Assembly (NCBI GenBank): GCA_902493145.1
Contig: CABUOA010000003.1
Location: 6,635 to 70,634 of the forward strand
Direction: 5' to 3'
From: an uncultured Collinsella sp.
GTDB lineage: Bacteria; Actinomycetota; Coriobacteriia; Coriobacteriales; Coriobacteriaceae
Length of the DNA stretch: 64,000 nucleotides
In this document: piece after piece, positions 8,279 through 16,878 of the stretch
Numbering within the stretch: position 1 is the first letter of the stretch
Layout: the number at the start of each line of letters is the position of its first letter
Notes under the pieces: generated by a model
Seen by the model: only the letters and a program-made list of their open reading frames with translations
What the model was told of the DNA's origin: nothing
Database searches by the model: none
Translations under genes and position numbers: made by a program

Positions 8279-9637
8279 CTAGCTCCTCGAATGTACGACA
8301 AACCGACTGTGGAGCAGGCCGATCACAAACGCCACCACGGCAACCGGCGCCCACGCGGCTCCAATGTCTGCCAGCGGCAGCGCATCGAACGGCAGCCACG
8401 CGCCCGTAAAGAACGCATCGCGGACCGAGGTAATCACGCTCTGCACCGCGACAACGCCGCCGACCCAGACCCACACCTGCGGATGCGCGTCGCAAAAACC
8501 GTGCACCAGACCCATCAGTACCAGCACGATGGCGACGGGGTACAGGGCGTTGAGCATGGGCACCGAGAACATAAGAATCACGTCGAGGCCCACGTTGGAG
8601 AGCACGCACGAAAACGCTGCGAACACAAAGGCGAGTACCGCAAAGGGACGGCGCATGGCCTCCTCAGAGGCCTCCGCTCCCCCTTCGACCACATACGTCT
8701 CGCAGAAGTAACGCGAGCAGCAGCTGATGAGGCCGATGCACACGTTCATGCAGGCGAGGAAGAAAATCGCAAAGACCACGACCGTGCCGGCAAGGCCAAA
8801 GTGCATGGAGGCCGAACGGGCAAGGATGGCGGCACCGTTGGTGGCATCGGGCATCACGGTGCTGAGCTGCGCGCCGGCAAGCGCCAGGCCGCAGTAGATG
8901 ATGGCCATGAGCACACCGGCGATCACGCCGGAGCGCGAAATCTCGAAGGCAACGCGCTTGTCATCGGTAACGCCCAGCTCGTGGATAGTCTCGGCGATGA
9001 TGATGCCAAAGGCGAGCGACGCGAGCAGGTCCATGGTCTGATAGCCGGTCAAAAAGCCCTGCACGGCAGCACCGGCATTATAGGGAGCCTGCGGCGCGGC
9101 AGCGGGACCCAGCGGCGAGACCACGGCGGCACCCACGACCAACACGATAAGGGCAATGAGCGCGGGGCCCGTAATGCGGCCGAGCACGCGTGTGATGACG
9201 CCCGGGCGCAGCGTGAGCGCAAACGCGACGACGAAGAAGCCGACGGCAAACACCAGGCGCGCCGTGCCGAGCGAGACGCCCTCGGGCAACAGCGGCACCA
9301 GCATCTCGAAGGCCGTGGAACTCGTACGCGGAATGGCAAGGCACGGGCCAATGGCCAGATACACCGCCGCGACAAAGAACTCGCCAAACTTGGGGTGTAC
9401 GCGGCCGGCAAGCTCGCGCGCCGTTCCGGCAAGCGCCACGGCGATAAAGCCCATGACGGGCAGGCCGATGGCGGCAATCAGAAAGCCGAACATGGCGACC
9501 GGCGTGGCGGAACCTGCCTGCAGCGCCAGCAGCGGCGGAATAATGAGGTTGCCGGCGCCAAAGAGCATCGAGAACAGAGCGATGCCGACGGTGACGACAT
9601 GGTCGGAGCGCAGACCGCGCGGAGCGGATGAAGCCAT
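8279..9637 (-). CDS. brnQ: Branched-chain amino acid transport system II carrier (LIVCS family)
   Basis: 452 aa, polytopic. N-terminal FSMLFGAGNLIIPP motif characteristic of BrnQ. Confidence 0.9.
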   Translation of the reverse strand: MASSAPRGLRSDHVVTVGIALFSMLFGAGNLIIPPLLALQAGSATPVAMFGFLIAAIGLPVMGFIAVALAGTARELAGRVHPKFGEFFVAAVYLAIGPCLAIPRTSSTAFEMLVPLLPEGVSLGTARLVFAVGFFVVAFALTLRPGVITRVLGRITGPALIALIVLVVGAAVVSPLGPAAAPQAPYNAGAAVQGFLTGYQTMDLLASLAFGIIIAETIHELGVTDDKRVAFEISRSGVIAGVLMAIIYCGLALAGAQLSTVMPDATNGAAILARSASMHFGLAGTVVVFAIFFLACMNVCIGLISCCSRYFCETYVVEGGAEASEEAMRRPFAVLAFVFAAFSCVLSNVGLDVILMFSVPMLNALYPVAIVLVLMGLVHGFCDAHPQVWVWVGGVVAVQSVITSVRDAFFTGAWLPFDALPLADIGAAWAPVAVVAFVIGLLHSRFVVHSRS

Positions 9638-9651
9638 GGGACCACCTTTCG

Positions 9652-9690
9652 AGTCAAAACAAAAACGGGACGGGCAAAAGACCCGTCCCG
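9652..9690 (-). terminator. Rho-independent terminator ending the selD-yedF-DUF3343-desulfurase unit
   Basis: On the minus strand, GGGACGGGTCTTTTGCCCGTCCC is followed by GTTTTTGTTTT. Confidence 0.8.
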
Positions 9691-9704
9691 CAAGTATATA
9701 CGCT

Positions 9705-10844
9705 TTAGCAGACTAAATCGTGCAGAGCGTCAATCGCGGTGTCGACTTCCTCGTCCGTGTTGAAATACCCAAACGAGAAGCGAACGACACCCTGGCGCTC
9801 GGTCCCCAGTGCGCGGTGCATGAGCGGAGCGCAGTGGGCGCCGGGGCGCGTCGCAATCCCCCACCCTTGCATGAGCGCGTCCGAGACCTCGGCCGAATCG
9901 ATATCGCCCACGTTAAGCGAAACGATCGCCGAGCGCACGGGCTGGTCAAACGCACCGTAGAGCGCAATGCCGGGAATGTCGCGAACGCCGGCGAGGAAGC
10001 GCTCGGCAAGCGCACGTTCGCGTGCCGCAATCGCCTCTACCCCGCCCTGGGCCTCGATAACGTCGAGGCCGGCGGAAAGGCCGGCGATACCGTGACCGTT
10101 GAGCGTGCCCGCCTCAAGACGCGTGGGCCACTCTTGCGGCTGCAGCGCATCGAAGCTGCGCACGCCCGTGCCACCCATGGCCCAAGGAGCCACGTCAATG
10201 CCTTCCGCCACGGCTAGGCCACCGGTCCCCTGCGGGCCCATGAGCCCCTTGTGGCCGGTAAAGCACACCACGTCGAGCCCCATGACCTGCATATCGATAT
10301 GCGCCGTGCCGGCAGACTGCGAGGCATCGACGATCACAAGCGCGCCGGCCGCATGGGCCATGGCAGCCACGCGTGCAATGTCGACCGCGTTGCCGGTCAC
10401 ATTGGAGGCGTGTGTCACCACCACGGCACGCGTGCCCGGCGTGACCAGCTGCTCGAGCTCGTCGTAGTCGAGCACGCCGTTCGCGTCGCAGCCCGCATGC
10501 TCAACAGTCACGCCCTGCTCTGCCGCCAGGCGGTTGAGCGGACGCAGCACGGAGTTGTGTTCGAGCACCGTCGTGACCACACGATCGCCGGGGCGCACCA
10601 CGCCGTTGATGGCGGTGTTGAGCGCCGCCGTGGAGTTGGGCGTAAAACAAATATGGTCCACCCGCGGGCAGCCCAGCAAGCGCGCAAGCTTGGTGCGGCA
10701 GCTGTGGATGGTGCGCGCCGCGTCGAGCGCACCCGACGTGGCGCCTCGCCCAGCATTGCCGAGCGAGCACATCGCCTGCACCACGGCATCGATGACCGCC
10801 TGAGGTCTGTGCATGGTCGTCGCCGCGTTATCCAGGTAGATCAT
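9705..10844 (-). CDS. Class V aminotransferase-fold cysteine desulfurase / selenocysteine lyase family protein
   Basis: IYLDNAATT N-terminus, THASNVTG, and FTGHKGLMGPQG containing the PLP lysine. The ATG at 10844 forms an ATGA overlap with the upstream DUF3343 gene stop. Confidence 0.85.
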   Translation of the reverse strand: MIYLDNAATTMHRPQAVIDAVVQAMCSLGNAGRGATSGALDAARTIHSCRTKLARLLGCPRVDHICFTPNSTAALNTAINGVVRPGDRVVTTVLEHNSVLRPLNRLAAEQGVTVEHAGCDANGVLDYDELEQLVTPGTRAVVVTHASNVTGNAVDIARVAAMAHAAGALVIVDASQSAGTAHIDMQVMGLDVVCFTGHKGLMGPQGTGGLAVAEGIDVAPWAMGGTGVRSFDALQPQEWPTRLEAGTLNGHGIAGLSAGLDVIEAQGGVEAIAARERALAERFLAGVRDIPGIALYGAFDQPVRSAIVSLNVGDIDSAEVSDALMQGWGIATRPGAHCAPLMHRALGTERQGVVRFSFGYFNTDEEVDTAIDALHDLVC

Positions 10845-11092
10845 CGCACGACCTCCCACATATCGATCACAGTAAAGCCCTCGGTGGGAACGTCCGCCGC
10901 GGCAAGCTCGCTTCGCAGCAGTGGTTCATTTTCAGGCAGGGCTTTCCATGCCAGGCCGCAGCCGGCAGCAACCTCTCCGGGTACGGGAATCGTTCGCCCG
11001 GGAAGGCCACGCTCACGGCACAGAGACTCGCAGCCCATGGCGGCCGCCGTGGTGGGAAACGTGATGACAAGCGCCGGGCGCTTTTCTCTCAT
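10841..11092 (-). CDS. DUF3343-family small protein (putative S/Se carrier partner of YedF)
   Basis: 83 aa. The LVITFPTTAAAM...IPVPGEVAAGCGLAW pattern and the position between yedF and the desulfurase are both typical of DUF3343. Confidence 0.7.
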   Translation of the reverse strand: MREKRPALVITFPTTAAAMGCESLCRERGLPGRTIPVPGEVAAGCGLAWKALPENEPLLRSELAAADVPTEGFTVIDMWEVVR

Positions 11093-11110
11093 GGCAATCC
11101 CACCCAGGCG

Positions 11111-11737
11111 CTACGGACGCACGACGCGGCCGGCCTGCTCCATCTTTTCGACGATCACGTACATGTTCGTGACATCGCCCACGGCAAGCTGGTCCTTAAT
11201 GCCAAAGTGGTCGAGGCAGGTGCCGCAGGTAAGGATCTCGACACCCTGCTCGGCCAGGCCCTTGAGGTCGTCAAGCACCGGCGACCCCTCGACGGTGAGT
11301 TTGGCGCCGCCGTTGTAGAAGAGCATCGTGGCGGGCAGCTCCTCCTGCTGCGTCACGGCAAAGATAAAGGCCTTCATGAGCTTGTGGCCCAGCTCATCGT
11401 CGCCGCGACCCATGCAATCGGTGTAGACGGCCACGACCAGCTCGCCCTTGCCGGCGCTGGCGTCGCAGAAAGCGGCGCCGTCCTGCTCAGGATCGGCCAC
11501 GGCAACGGCGCCGGCGGTCGCCACGATCACGTGCCACTCGGCATCGGCGACCTTCTCGACCGAGGCCGTGCAGCCCTTTTCCTGTGCCATCTTGGAGATG
11601 TTCTTGACGGCCGTCTCGTTGTCGACCGAGGTCACGACAACACCCTCGCCATCAAGCTGCTTCAGAGCTTTGAGCGTCTTGACGACGGGCAGCGGGCAGG
11701 CATCGCCCATGGCATTGACTTCAATTTTGGTAGACAT
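11111..11737 (-). CDS. yedF: Selenium metabolism protein YedF (SirA/TusA-like N-domain plus DsrE-like C-domain)
   Basis: MSTKIEVNAMGDACPLPVVKT carries the TusA CPxP motif. The C-terminal half has TCGTCLDHF. Adjacent to selD. Confidence 0.85.
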   Translation of the reverse strand: MSTKIEVNAMGDACPLPVVKTLKALKQLDGEGVVVTSVDNETAVKNISKMAQEKGCTASVEKVADAEWHVIVATAGAVAVADPEQDGAAFCDASAGKGELVVAVYTDCMGRGDDELGHKLMKAFIFAVTQQEELPATMLFYNGGAKLTVEGSPVLDDLKGLAEQGVEILTCGTCLDHFGIKDQLAVGDVTNMYVIVEKMEQAGRVVRP

Positions 11738-11796
11738 AGCAAATCCTTTCAAAAGGGACCGCCCAGAACAGTAGACGGTCGCATAAACGGTTTTCC

Positions 11797-12846
11797 TTAA
11801 TGCACAACGTGAACGGCAGGACCACCCGGCACCGCCTCGCACACGCGGCCGATTGTGGCGGCAACGCGACCTTCGGCATGCAGGCGGCGGGCGAGCTCAT
11901 CCACATCGGCAGCAGGCGCTGCGATGAGCAGGCCGCCCGAGGTCTGCGGATCGTACAGCGCATCCAGCATTCCCGGCTCCAGGTCATCGTCGGCCGCCAC
12001 GCGCGGGCCAAAGAAATCCTGGTTGCGGTAGGCGCCGGCAGGGATAATGCCCAGACGCGCCATATTGAGCACCTGGTCAAAGAGCGGCACCGCCCCCGAC
12101 GCGAGCTCAATCTGCACGCCCGAGCCCTCGGCCATCTCGCACGCATGCCCGATCAGGCCAAAGCCCGTGACATCGGTGCAGCCGTGAAGCTCGAGTCCCT
12201 CGGCCAGGCGAATCGGGGCCTCGTTGAGGGTGCGCATCGAGTCAAACATGGCTGCGGCCTCGTCCTGCTCGATGAGCACGCCCTTAATGGCCGTGGTGAT
12301 AATGCCCGAGCCGATCGCCTTGGTCAGCAGTAGGACATCGCCCACGCGCGCACCGCTGTTGGCGAGCATGCGGTCGAGCGCGACAAAGCCACTCACGGAC
12401 AGGCCGTACTTGGGCTCGTCGTCGTTGATGGTGTGGCCGCCCGCGATGGTGCAGCCAGCCTCGACGCACTTGTCGGCGCCACCCGCCAGAATCTCACCTG
12501 CGACCTCGACGCCCAGGCAACTGGGAATGCACAGCAGGTTCATGGCATGGCTCGGTCGTCCACCCATGGCATAAATGTCCGACAGCGAGTTGGCCGCCGC
12601 GATCTGACCAAACAGGAACGGGTCGTCGACCATCGGCGGGAAGAAGTCGACGGACTGCACGAGGCCCAGGTTTTCGCCAACACGAAAAACACTCGCATCG
12701 TCGGAGGTATCGAACCCCACGAGCAGGTTGTCGTTATGCACATTGGGTAAGTCGCCCAGGACCTGGGCGAGGGCTCCAGGAGCCAACTTAGCGGCTCAAC
12801 CGCTCGCGGCAGTCATAGACGTGAGCTTAATCTGATCGTCAGCCAT
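11797..12846 (-). CDS. selD: Selenide, water dikinase SelD, selenocysteine-containing form (in-frame UGA at 12796-12798)
   Basis: The ORF track starts at KLAPGALAQVL. My upstream reading is ATG(12846) MADDQIKLTSMTAASG-TGA-AAKLAPGAL, which matches the SelD G(C/U)GxK active-site loop. GAGGAGG lies 6 nt before the ATG. Confidence 0.85.
12753..12795 (-). promoter_or_regulatory. Candidate bacterial SECIS downstream of the selD UGA
   Basis: The mRNA carries GGCUCCUGGAGCC and then a 7-bp hairpin CGCCCAG-GUCC-CUGGGCG starting 27 nt after the UGA. From memory, its apical CAGGUCCUG resembles the apical region of the E. coli fdhF SECIS (recalled as GCAGGUCUGC). Confidence 0.5.
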
Positions 12847-12916
12847 CGATACCTCCTCTCATCGGTCAATCATTTCCTCCCAGTATACGCATGAATGCAG
12901 GCCCACGGCCGATGCA

Positions 12917-13681
12917 TTAATCGAGCGCCTGTGCGCGAATCGCCGCGCCGATGGCACCGGCAAAGCGAGCCTGGGGCGAGGTGGTCACCGGCGACCCCAG
13001 CAGCTCGCCCAACCGCTCCACCACGAAGGCGTTCTCGCACAGGCCACCGGTCAGGTAGTACGGGGCGCCCGCGGCCTGCCCGGCCATGGTCGCCACGCGC
13101 GAGACCACGCTGTCGATCACGCCACGTGCGATGTTCTCGCGCGGCTCACCGCGACCGATCAGGCTAATGACCTCACTTTCGGCAAACACCGTGCACATGC
13201 TGGAAATCTTGGTAGGCTCGCCGGAACGCGCCAGGTCGGCCATCTGCTGTTGAGAAATACCTAGGCGGTCGGCCATGATCTCCAAAAAGCGCCCCGTGCC
13301 GGCAGCGCACTTGTCGTTCATGGCAAACTTGGCCACGCGGCCATTTTTAAGCTGAATGACCTTGGTGTCCTGGCCGCCCACGTCAATCACCGTGCCGCGA
13401 TCGCCAAACAGACGCACGGCACCGGCGCCGTGGCAGGTAATCTCGGTCACAACCTTGTGGGCGTATGGCACAGCCACGCGCCCGTAACCCGTGGCCACCA
13501 CACGCGCAGAATCGGATGCAACGTCAAAGCCCGCCGCCGCGAGCGCCTCGCGCAACCTATCGGCGGCATCGACCGAGGAGAACCCGGTTGGCTGCACGCA
13601 CGTCCACGCCACCGAACCCTCACCATCGACCACAGCAGCCTTAGCCGCCGTAGACCCGATATCGACCCCGATCCCTATCAT
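12917..13681 (-). CDS. Acyl-CoA dehydratase activase (BcrAD/BadFG/HgdC-type ATPase)
   Basis: 254 aa. IGVDIGSTAAKAAV, DVGGQDTKVI and NDKCAAGTGRFLE (the cluster-bridging Cys region). Confidence 0.9.
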   Translation of the reverse strand: MIGIGVDIGSTAAKAAVVDGEGSVAWTCVQPTGFSSVDAADRLREALAAAGFDVASDSARVVATGYGRVAVPYAHKVVTEITCHGAGAVRLFGDRGTVIDVGGQDTKVIQLKNGRVAKFAMNDKCAAGTGRFLEIMADRLGISQQQMADLARSGEPTKISSMCTVFAESEVISLIGRGEPRENIARGVIDSVVSRVATMAGQAAGAPYYLTGGLCENAFVVERLGELLGSPVTTSPQARFAGAIGAAIRAQALD

Positions 13682-13733
13682 GGCTCTCTCCTAATCCAAA
13701 CATCAAAGACAGCGGCGCGTTCAGGCGCCTTAG

Positions 13734-13841
13734 CTCTAGGTTTCTCAGGTGCCGGAGGTTGCCCCGAAAGAGGAGCGCGGCGTACTTTGGTACGCAAGCG
13801 ACGGTTTGAGGGGCAAGATCCGGTGCCTGAGGAAGCTAGAG
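13734..13841 (+). repeat. Structured imperfect-palindrome repeat, copy A (spacer between beta subunit and activase)
   Basis: Arms 13746-13765 and 13810-13829 pair over 20 positions with 2 G.U and 2 mismatches. The core is GAAAGAGGAGCGCGGCGTAC-TTTG-GTACGCAAGCGACGGTTTGA. Homologous to 15032-15135. Confidence 0.8.
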
Positions 13842-14999
13842 GGTTTCGATGAAGGCGGCGATGCGGGTCTCGATCTGGCCCATGTCGCCGTTGCTGTAGT
13901 CGGTCTCGATCTTCATATACGGAATACCCGCACCCTCGACGGCCTCCTGTATGCGTGCACTCTCCACGTTAAAGGTGTGGCACGCCTGGAGCACGCTCTC
14001 CACTACGCCATCGACGTGATACTTCTCGCACATGGCCAGCGTGTTCTCCATACGACCGTCGTTGGGCGTCATAACCGAGCAGTTGATATCCAGGTAGCGG
14101 TCGGCGATCGCACGCAGGATGTCGGGCGCATCCGGGTCGACCATCATGGCCGCCGTGCGCTCACCCGAGCAGTCATCCATACACACGACCACGCCGCCGT
14201 TGGACTCGATGGTGCGACCGATCTTGTTGATTACGCCGCCCACCGGGCAACCGGTGATCAGGATGCGCTTGGCATCCGCCGCAACCGGGTGCTCGCCGGC
14301 CTCGTAGGCCTCGCGCAGGTTAGCGACCTTTTGCTCCAGCTGCTGCGTATAGGCCTCGATATCAAAGCTGAACGTACCGGCAAACATGGTGCTCATCAGA
14401 TCGACGCCGCTCATGGCCGCCGGCTGGTTGGCCTGCAGCGCAAACATCTCGAGCTGGGCCGCACGCAGGCGATTGCGACGACGGGCAGCAGCGCGTAGGT
14501 CGCCGTCGGTAATCGTAATGTCGTAGAAGTTCTCGAGCTCCTCCTTGAGCAGACGGCACTCCTCGTACCAGCCCTCGCGCTCGTAGGCGCGGTCGCGGCC
14601 CTGCGGTAGGTGCAGAATGTGCGTGCGCTTGAGCTCGTTGAGCAGCTCGTACATCTTCTTCTTGCCGTCGCAGGTGGTCTCGCCGATGATCATGTCGCTA
14701 AAGTACGTAAACGGGCACTTTTGCGAATAGGCAAAACCATACGTCGACTTGATGAGCGGGCAGAGGTTTGCCGGCAGCACCTTCTCGGCCTCGGGAATCA
14801 CCTCGTCGGACGTACCGCACAGAGCCACGCTCGAGGCGCCCGCGGCATCGATAATCTCGAGCGGCGTATAGCTGCACAAAAAGCCGACCAGGCGATTACC
14901 CGCCTGCTTGTAATCCTTAACGCGAATAAACGCCGCCTTGCGTTGTTCGTTAAACTCCTCAAACGTGCTGGGCAACGGCTGCTCAATATTTTCCGACAT
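13836..14999 (-). CDS. 2-hydroxyacyl-CoA dehydratase family (HGD-D) subunit, beta-like
   Basis: Starts at [31 protein letters not shown] and [13 protein letters not shown] are typical of PF06050 D-components. Confidence 0.85.
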   Translation of the reverse strand: MSENIEQPLPSTFEEFNEQRKAAFIRVKDYKQAGNRLVGFLCSYTPLEIIDAAGASSVALCGTSDEVIPEAEKVLPANLCPLIKSTYGFAYSQKCPFTYFSDMIIGETTCDGKKKMYELLNELKRTHILHLPQGRDRAYEREGWYEECRLLKEELENFYDITITDGDLRAAARRRNRLRAAQLEMFALQANQPAAMSGVDLMSTMFAGTFSFDIEAYTQQLEQKVANLREAYEAGEHPVAADAKRILITGCPVGGVINKIGRTIESNGGVVVCMDDCSGERTAAMMVDPDAPDILRAIADRYLDINCSVMTPNDGRMENTLAMCEKYHVDGVVESVLQACHTFNVESARIQEAVEGAGIPYMKIETDYSNGDMGQIETRIAAFIETL

Positions 15000-15031
15000 A
15001 TAACTCCTAAACCTTTTAACCAACCAAGGAA

Positions 15032-15135
15032 GCGGCTTTCCCAGGTGCCCGAGGTTGCCGTGAAAGAGACGCGCCGCGTACTTTCGCACGCAAGCGACGG
15101 TTTGAACGGCAAGATCGGGTGCCTGGGAAAGCCGC
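15032..15135 (+). repeat. Structured imperfect-palindrome repeat, copy B (spacer between alpha and beta subunits)
   Basis: Outer 14-bp perfect stem GCGGCTTTCCCAGG/CCTGGGAAAGCCGC. Arms 15042-15061 and 15106-15125. Same core as copy A, with compensatory arm changes. Confidence 0.8.
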
Positions 15136-15149
15136 CGGGACGGATAGCC

Positions 15150-16433
15150 CTAAATGGTTTCCAAGAAGGCCTCGATCCTGGTTTGCAGTTGGCCTGCATC
15201 CTCACCGGCGTAGTCGGTCGTGATGTGCATAAACGGAATGCCGGCTTCCTCGGCGGCCTTCTCCACGGCAAACGACTCCATCTCATAGAGCGTGCAGAAC
15301 TGCAGGGCCACGTCGACGATGCCGTCGGCATGCAGGTCCTTGGCCATCTGGACAATGTCCTTCATACGCTGGTCGTTGGGCGTAAAGACGGCGCAGTTGA
15401 TCTTAAAGTAGCGCTCGGCGATGGCATCGAGCATCTCGTCCACCGTCTCACCGGACTCGTCGACCAGGTCCTTGTAGTAGCGCGAGCCCGTGCAGGACTC
15501 CTCGCCTACCACAACGCCGCCGGCTTTCTCGATGAGGTTGAACAGCTTCCAGTTGGGCACGGCCATGGGCGTGCCGGTGTACAGGATGCGCTTGGTCCCC
15601 TTGGGCGCCACGCCCTCGCCAGCCTCGACACGCTGCTCGCACTCAGCCGCCATATCGTTAATGGCTCCGGTCAGACGTGGCGTGTCGTCCATAAAGGCGG
15701 CCTGAACGGTCAGCAGGCTGTCAAGACCGCTGATGGGCGCAGGGTCGGCAGCGCGCGTGGCAGCGAGGCGCTGCAGGGCGCGACGCTTCTCATTGACGGC
15801 GTGGATGGCGGCCTTCAGACGCTCAGGCGTAATCGTGACGCCGCACTCTTCCTCGATCTTGGCGGCGAGCTTCTTGACCTCGGCCTTCCAGGTCACGAGC
15901 GTCGACTCGTCGTGTACGTTGGGAATATCCATGACGTACATGTTCTTTTGCGTGGCAAAAAACTCGTAGGCCTTCTTCTTGCCATCGCAGGTGTTCTCGC
16001 CTACCACCAAGTCACTCGACTCAATGTAGGGGCAGACCTCGCCCAGCTTAAAGCCGGCAAAGCTCTTGATAAGCGGGCAGGTGTTGCGCGGCAGATGCTC
16101 CTCGACCTTATCGGTTGCCCAATCGGCACCCGAGCACAGGCCCACGGGAATACCGTCGCAGGCGAGCACAATCTCCTCGGGCACGTACACGCAGAACGAA
16201 CCGACGATCTTGGTGGCCTCGCCGGCCTCCTTCTTGTCGAGCATCTCCTTAATACGGCCGCTGTGGATGTTGGTGGCCACAAAGTCCAGGTAGGACGTGG
16301 ACTTGGGGCGATTGTTCTGCGTCAAGAACATATCGCCGTACATCTGGCCCACGGCGCCCAGCAGTATGTCGTGGTCGGCAAGATTCATGCCGAGGCTCTC
16401 CCACATCGGATGGAAATCGAATTCTTCAGCCAT
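15150..16433 (-). CDS. 2-hydroxyacyl-CoA dehydratase family (HGD-D) subunit, alpha-like
   Basis: 427 aa. SFCVYVPEEIV, CPLIKSFAGF and GENTCDGKKKAYE. Paralogous to the downstream subunit. Confidence 0.85.
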   Translation of the reverse strand: MAEEFDFHPMWESLGMNLADHDILLGAVGQMYGDMFLTQNNRPKSTSYLDFVATNIHSGRIKEMLDKKEAGEATKIVGSFCVYVPEEIVLACDGIPVGLCSGADWATDKVEEHLPRNTCPLIKSFAGFKLGEVCPYIESSDLVVGENTCDGKKKAYEFFATQKNMYVMDIPNVHDESTLVTWKAEVKKLAAKIEEECGVTITPERLKAAIHAVNEKRRALQRLAATRAADPAPISGLDSLLTVQAAFMDDTPRLTGAINDMAAECEQRVEAGEGVAPKGTKRILYTGTPMAVPNWKLFNLIEKAGGVVVGEESCTGSRYYKDLVDESGETVDEMLDAIAERYFKINCAVFTPNDQRMKDIVQMAKDLHADGIVDVALQFCTLYEMESFAVEKAAEEAGIPFMHITTDYAGEDAGQLQTRIEAFLETI

Positions 16434-16878
16434 GGCGGTTCCCCTCTCGAACCAAAAACGGATAACAGCGGTATCGATGCACGACGGGCGGCGATTGCCC
16501 TGCCGTGCTCAAACCCGGAATTTTGGGGAACCTGCTTTGCGGTTGACTATTTAATTGTGCGTCGTCTCTCCCGGAGCCGTGAACATACCTGCTCATATGC
16601 GGCTCCGAGCGATATATAGGGCACGCGCGGCAACGCGGCGAATGTATGTCGTCTGCGGCATGTGCGCACCCTCCTTAACCAGTTGAGGTCAACTATATCA
16701 ACGGTCATCGACCATGCGAACACCGTTGACAATCGTACGACAGCTGCGGGATGCGAACACCTCGCTGTCTGATAAATAATTATCAGATTGATAAGATTTT
16801 GTCATATAGAAATCGGCGAGCGGTAAAGTGGAAACAAAGCGGTCGAGGACTACCTCCTCGCCCGCATCGCCCACCGCA

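Noticed and set aside
13766-13809. Hammerhead-like ribozyme core in the palindrome repeats (GAAA plus ...TGA motifs around a hairpin).
   Set aside because: The order and sequence of elements do not fit CUGANGA-stem II-GAAA-stem III. Only two helices are present, not a three-way junction.
14610-16619. 669-aa plus-strand ORF.
   Set aside because: Antisense to both HGD-D subunit genes and running through the intercistronic repeat. No recognisable motifs.
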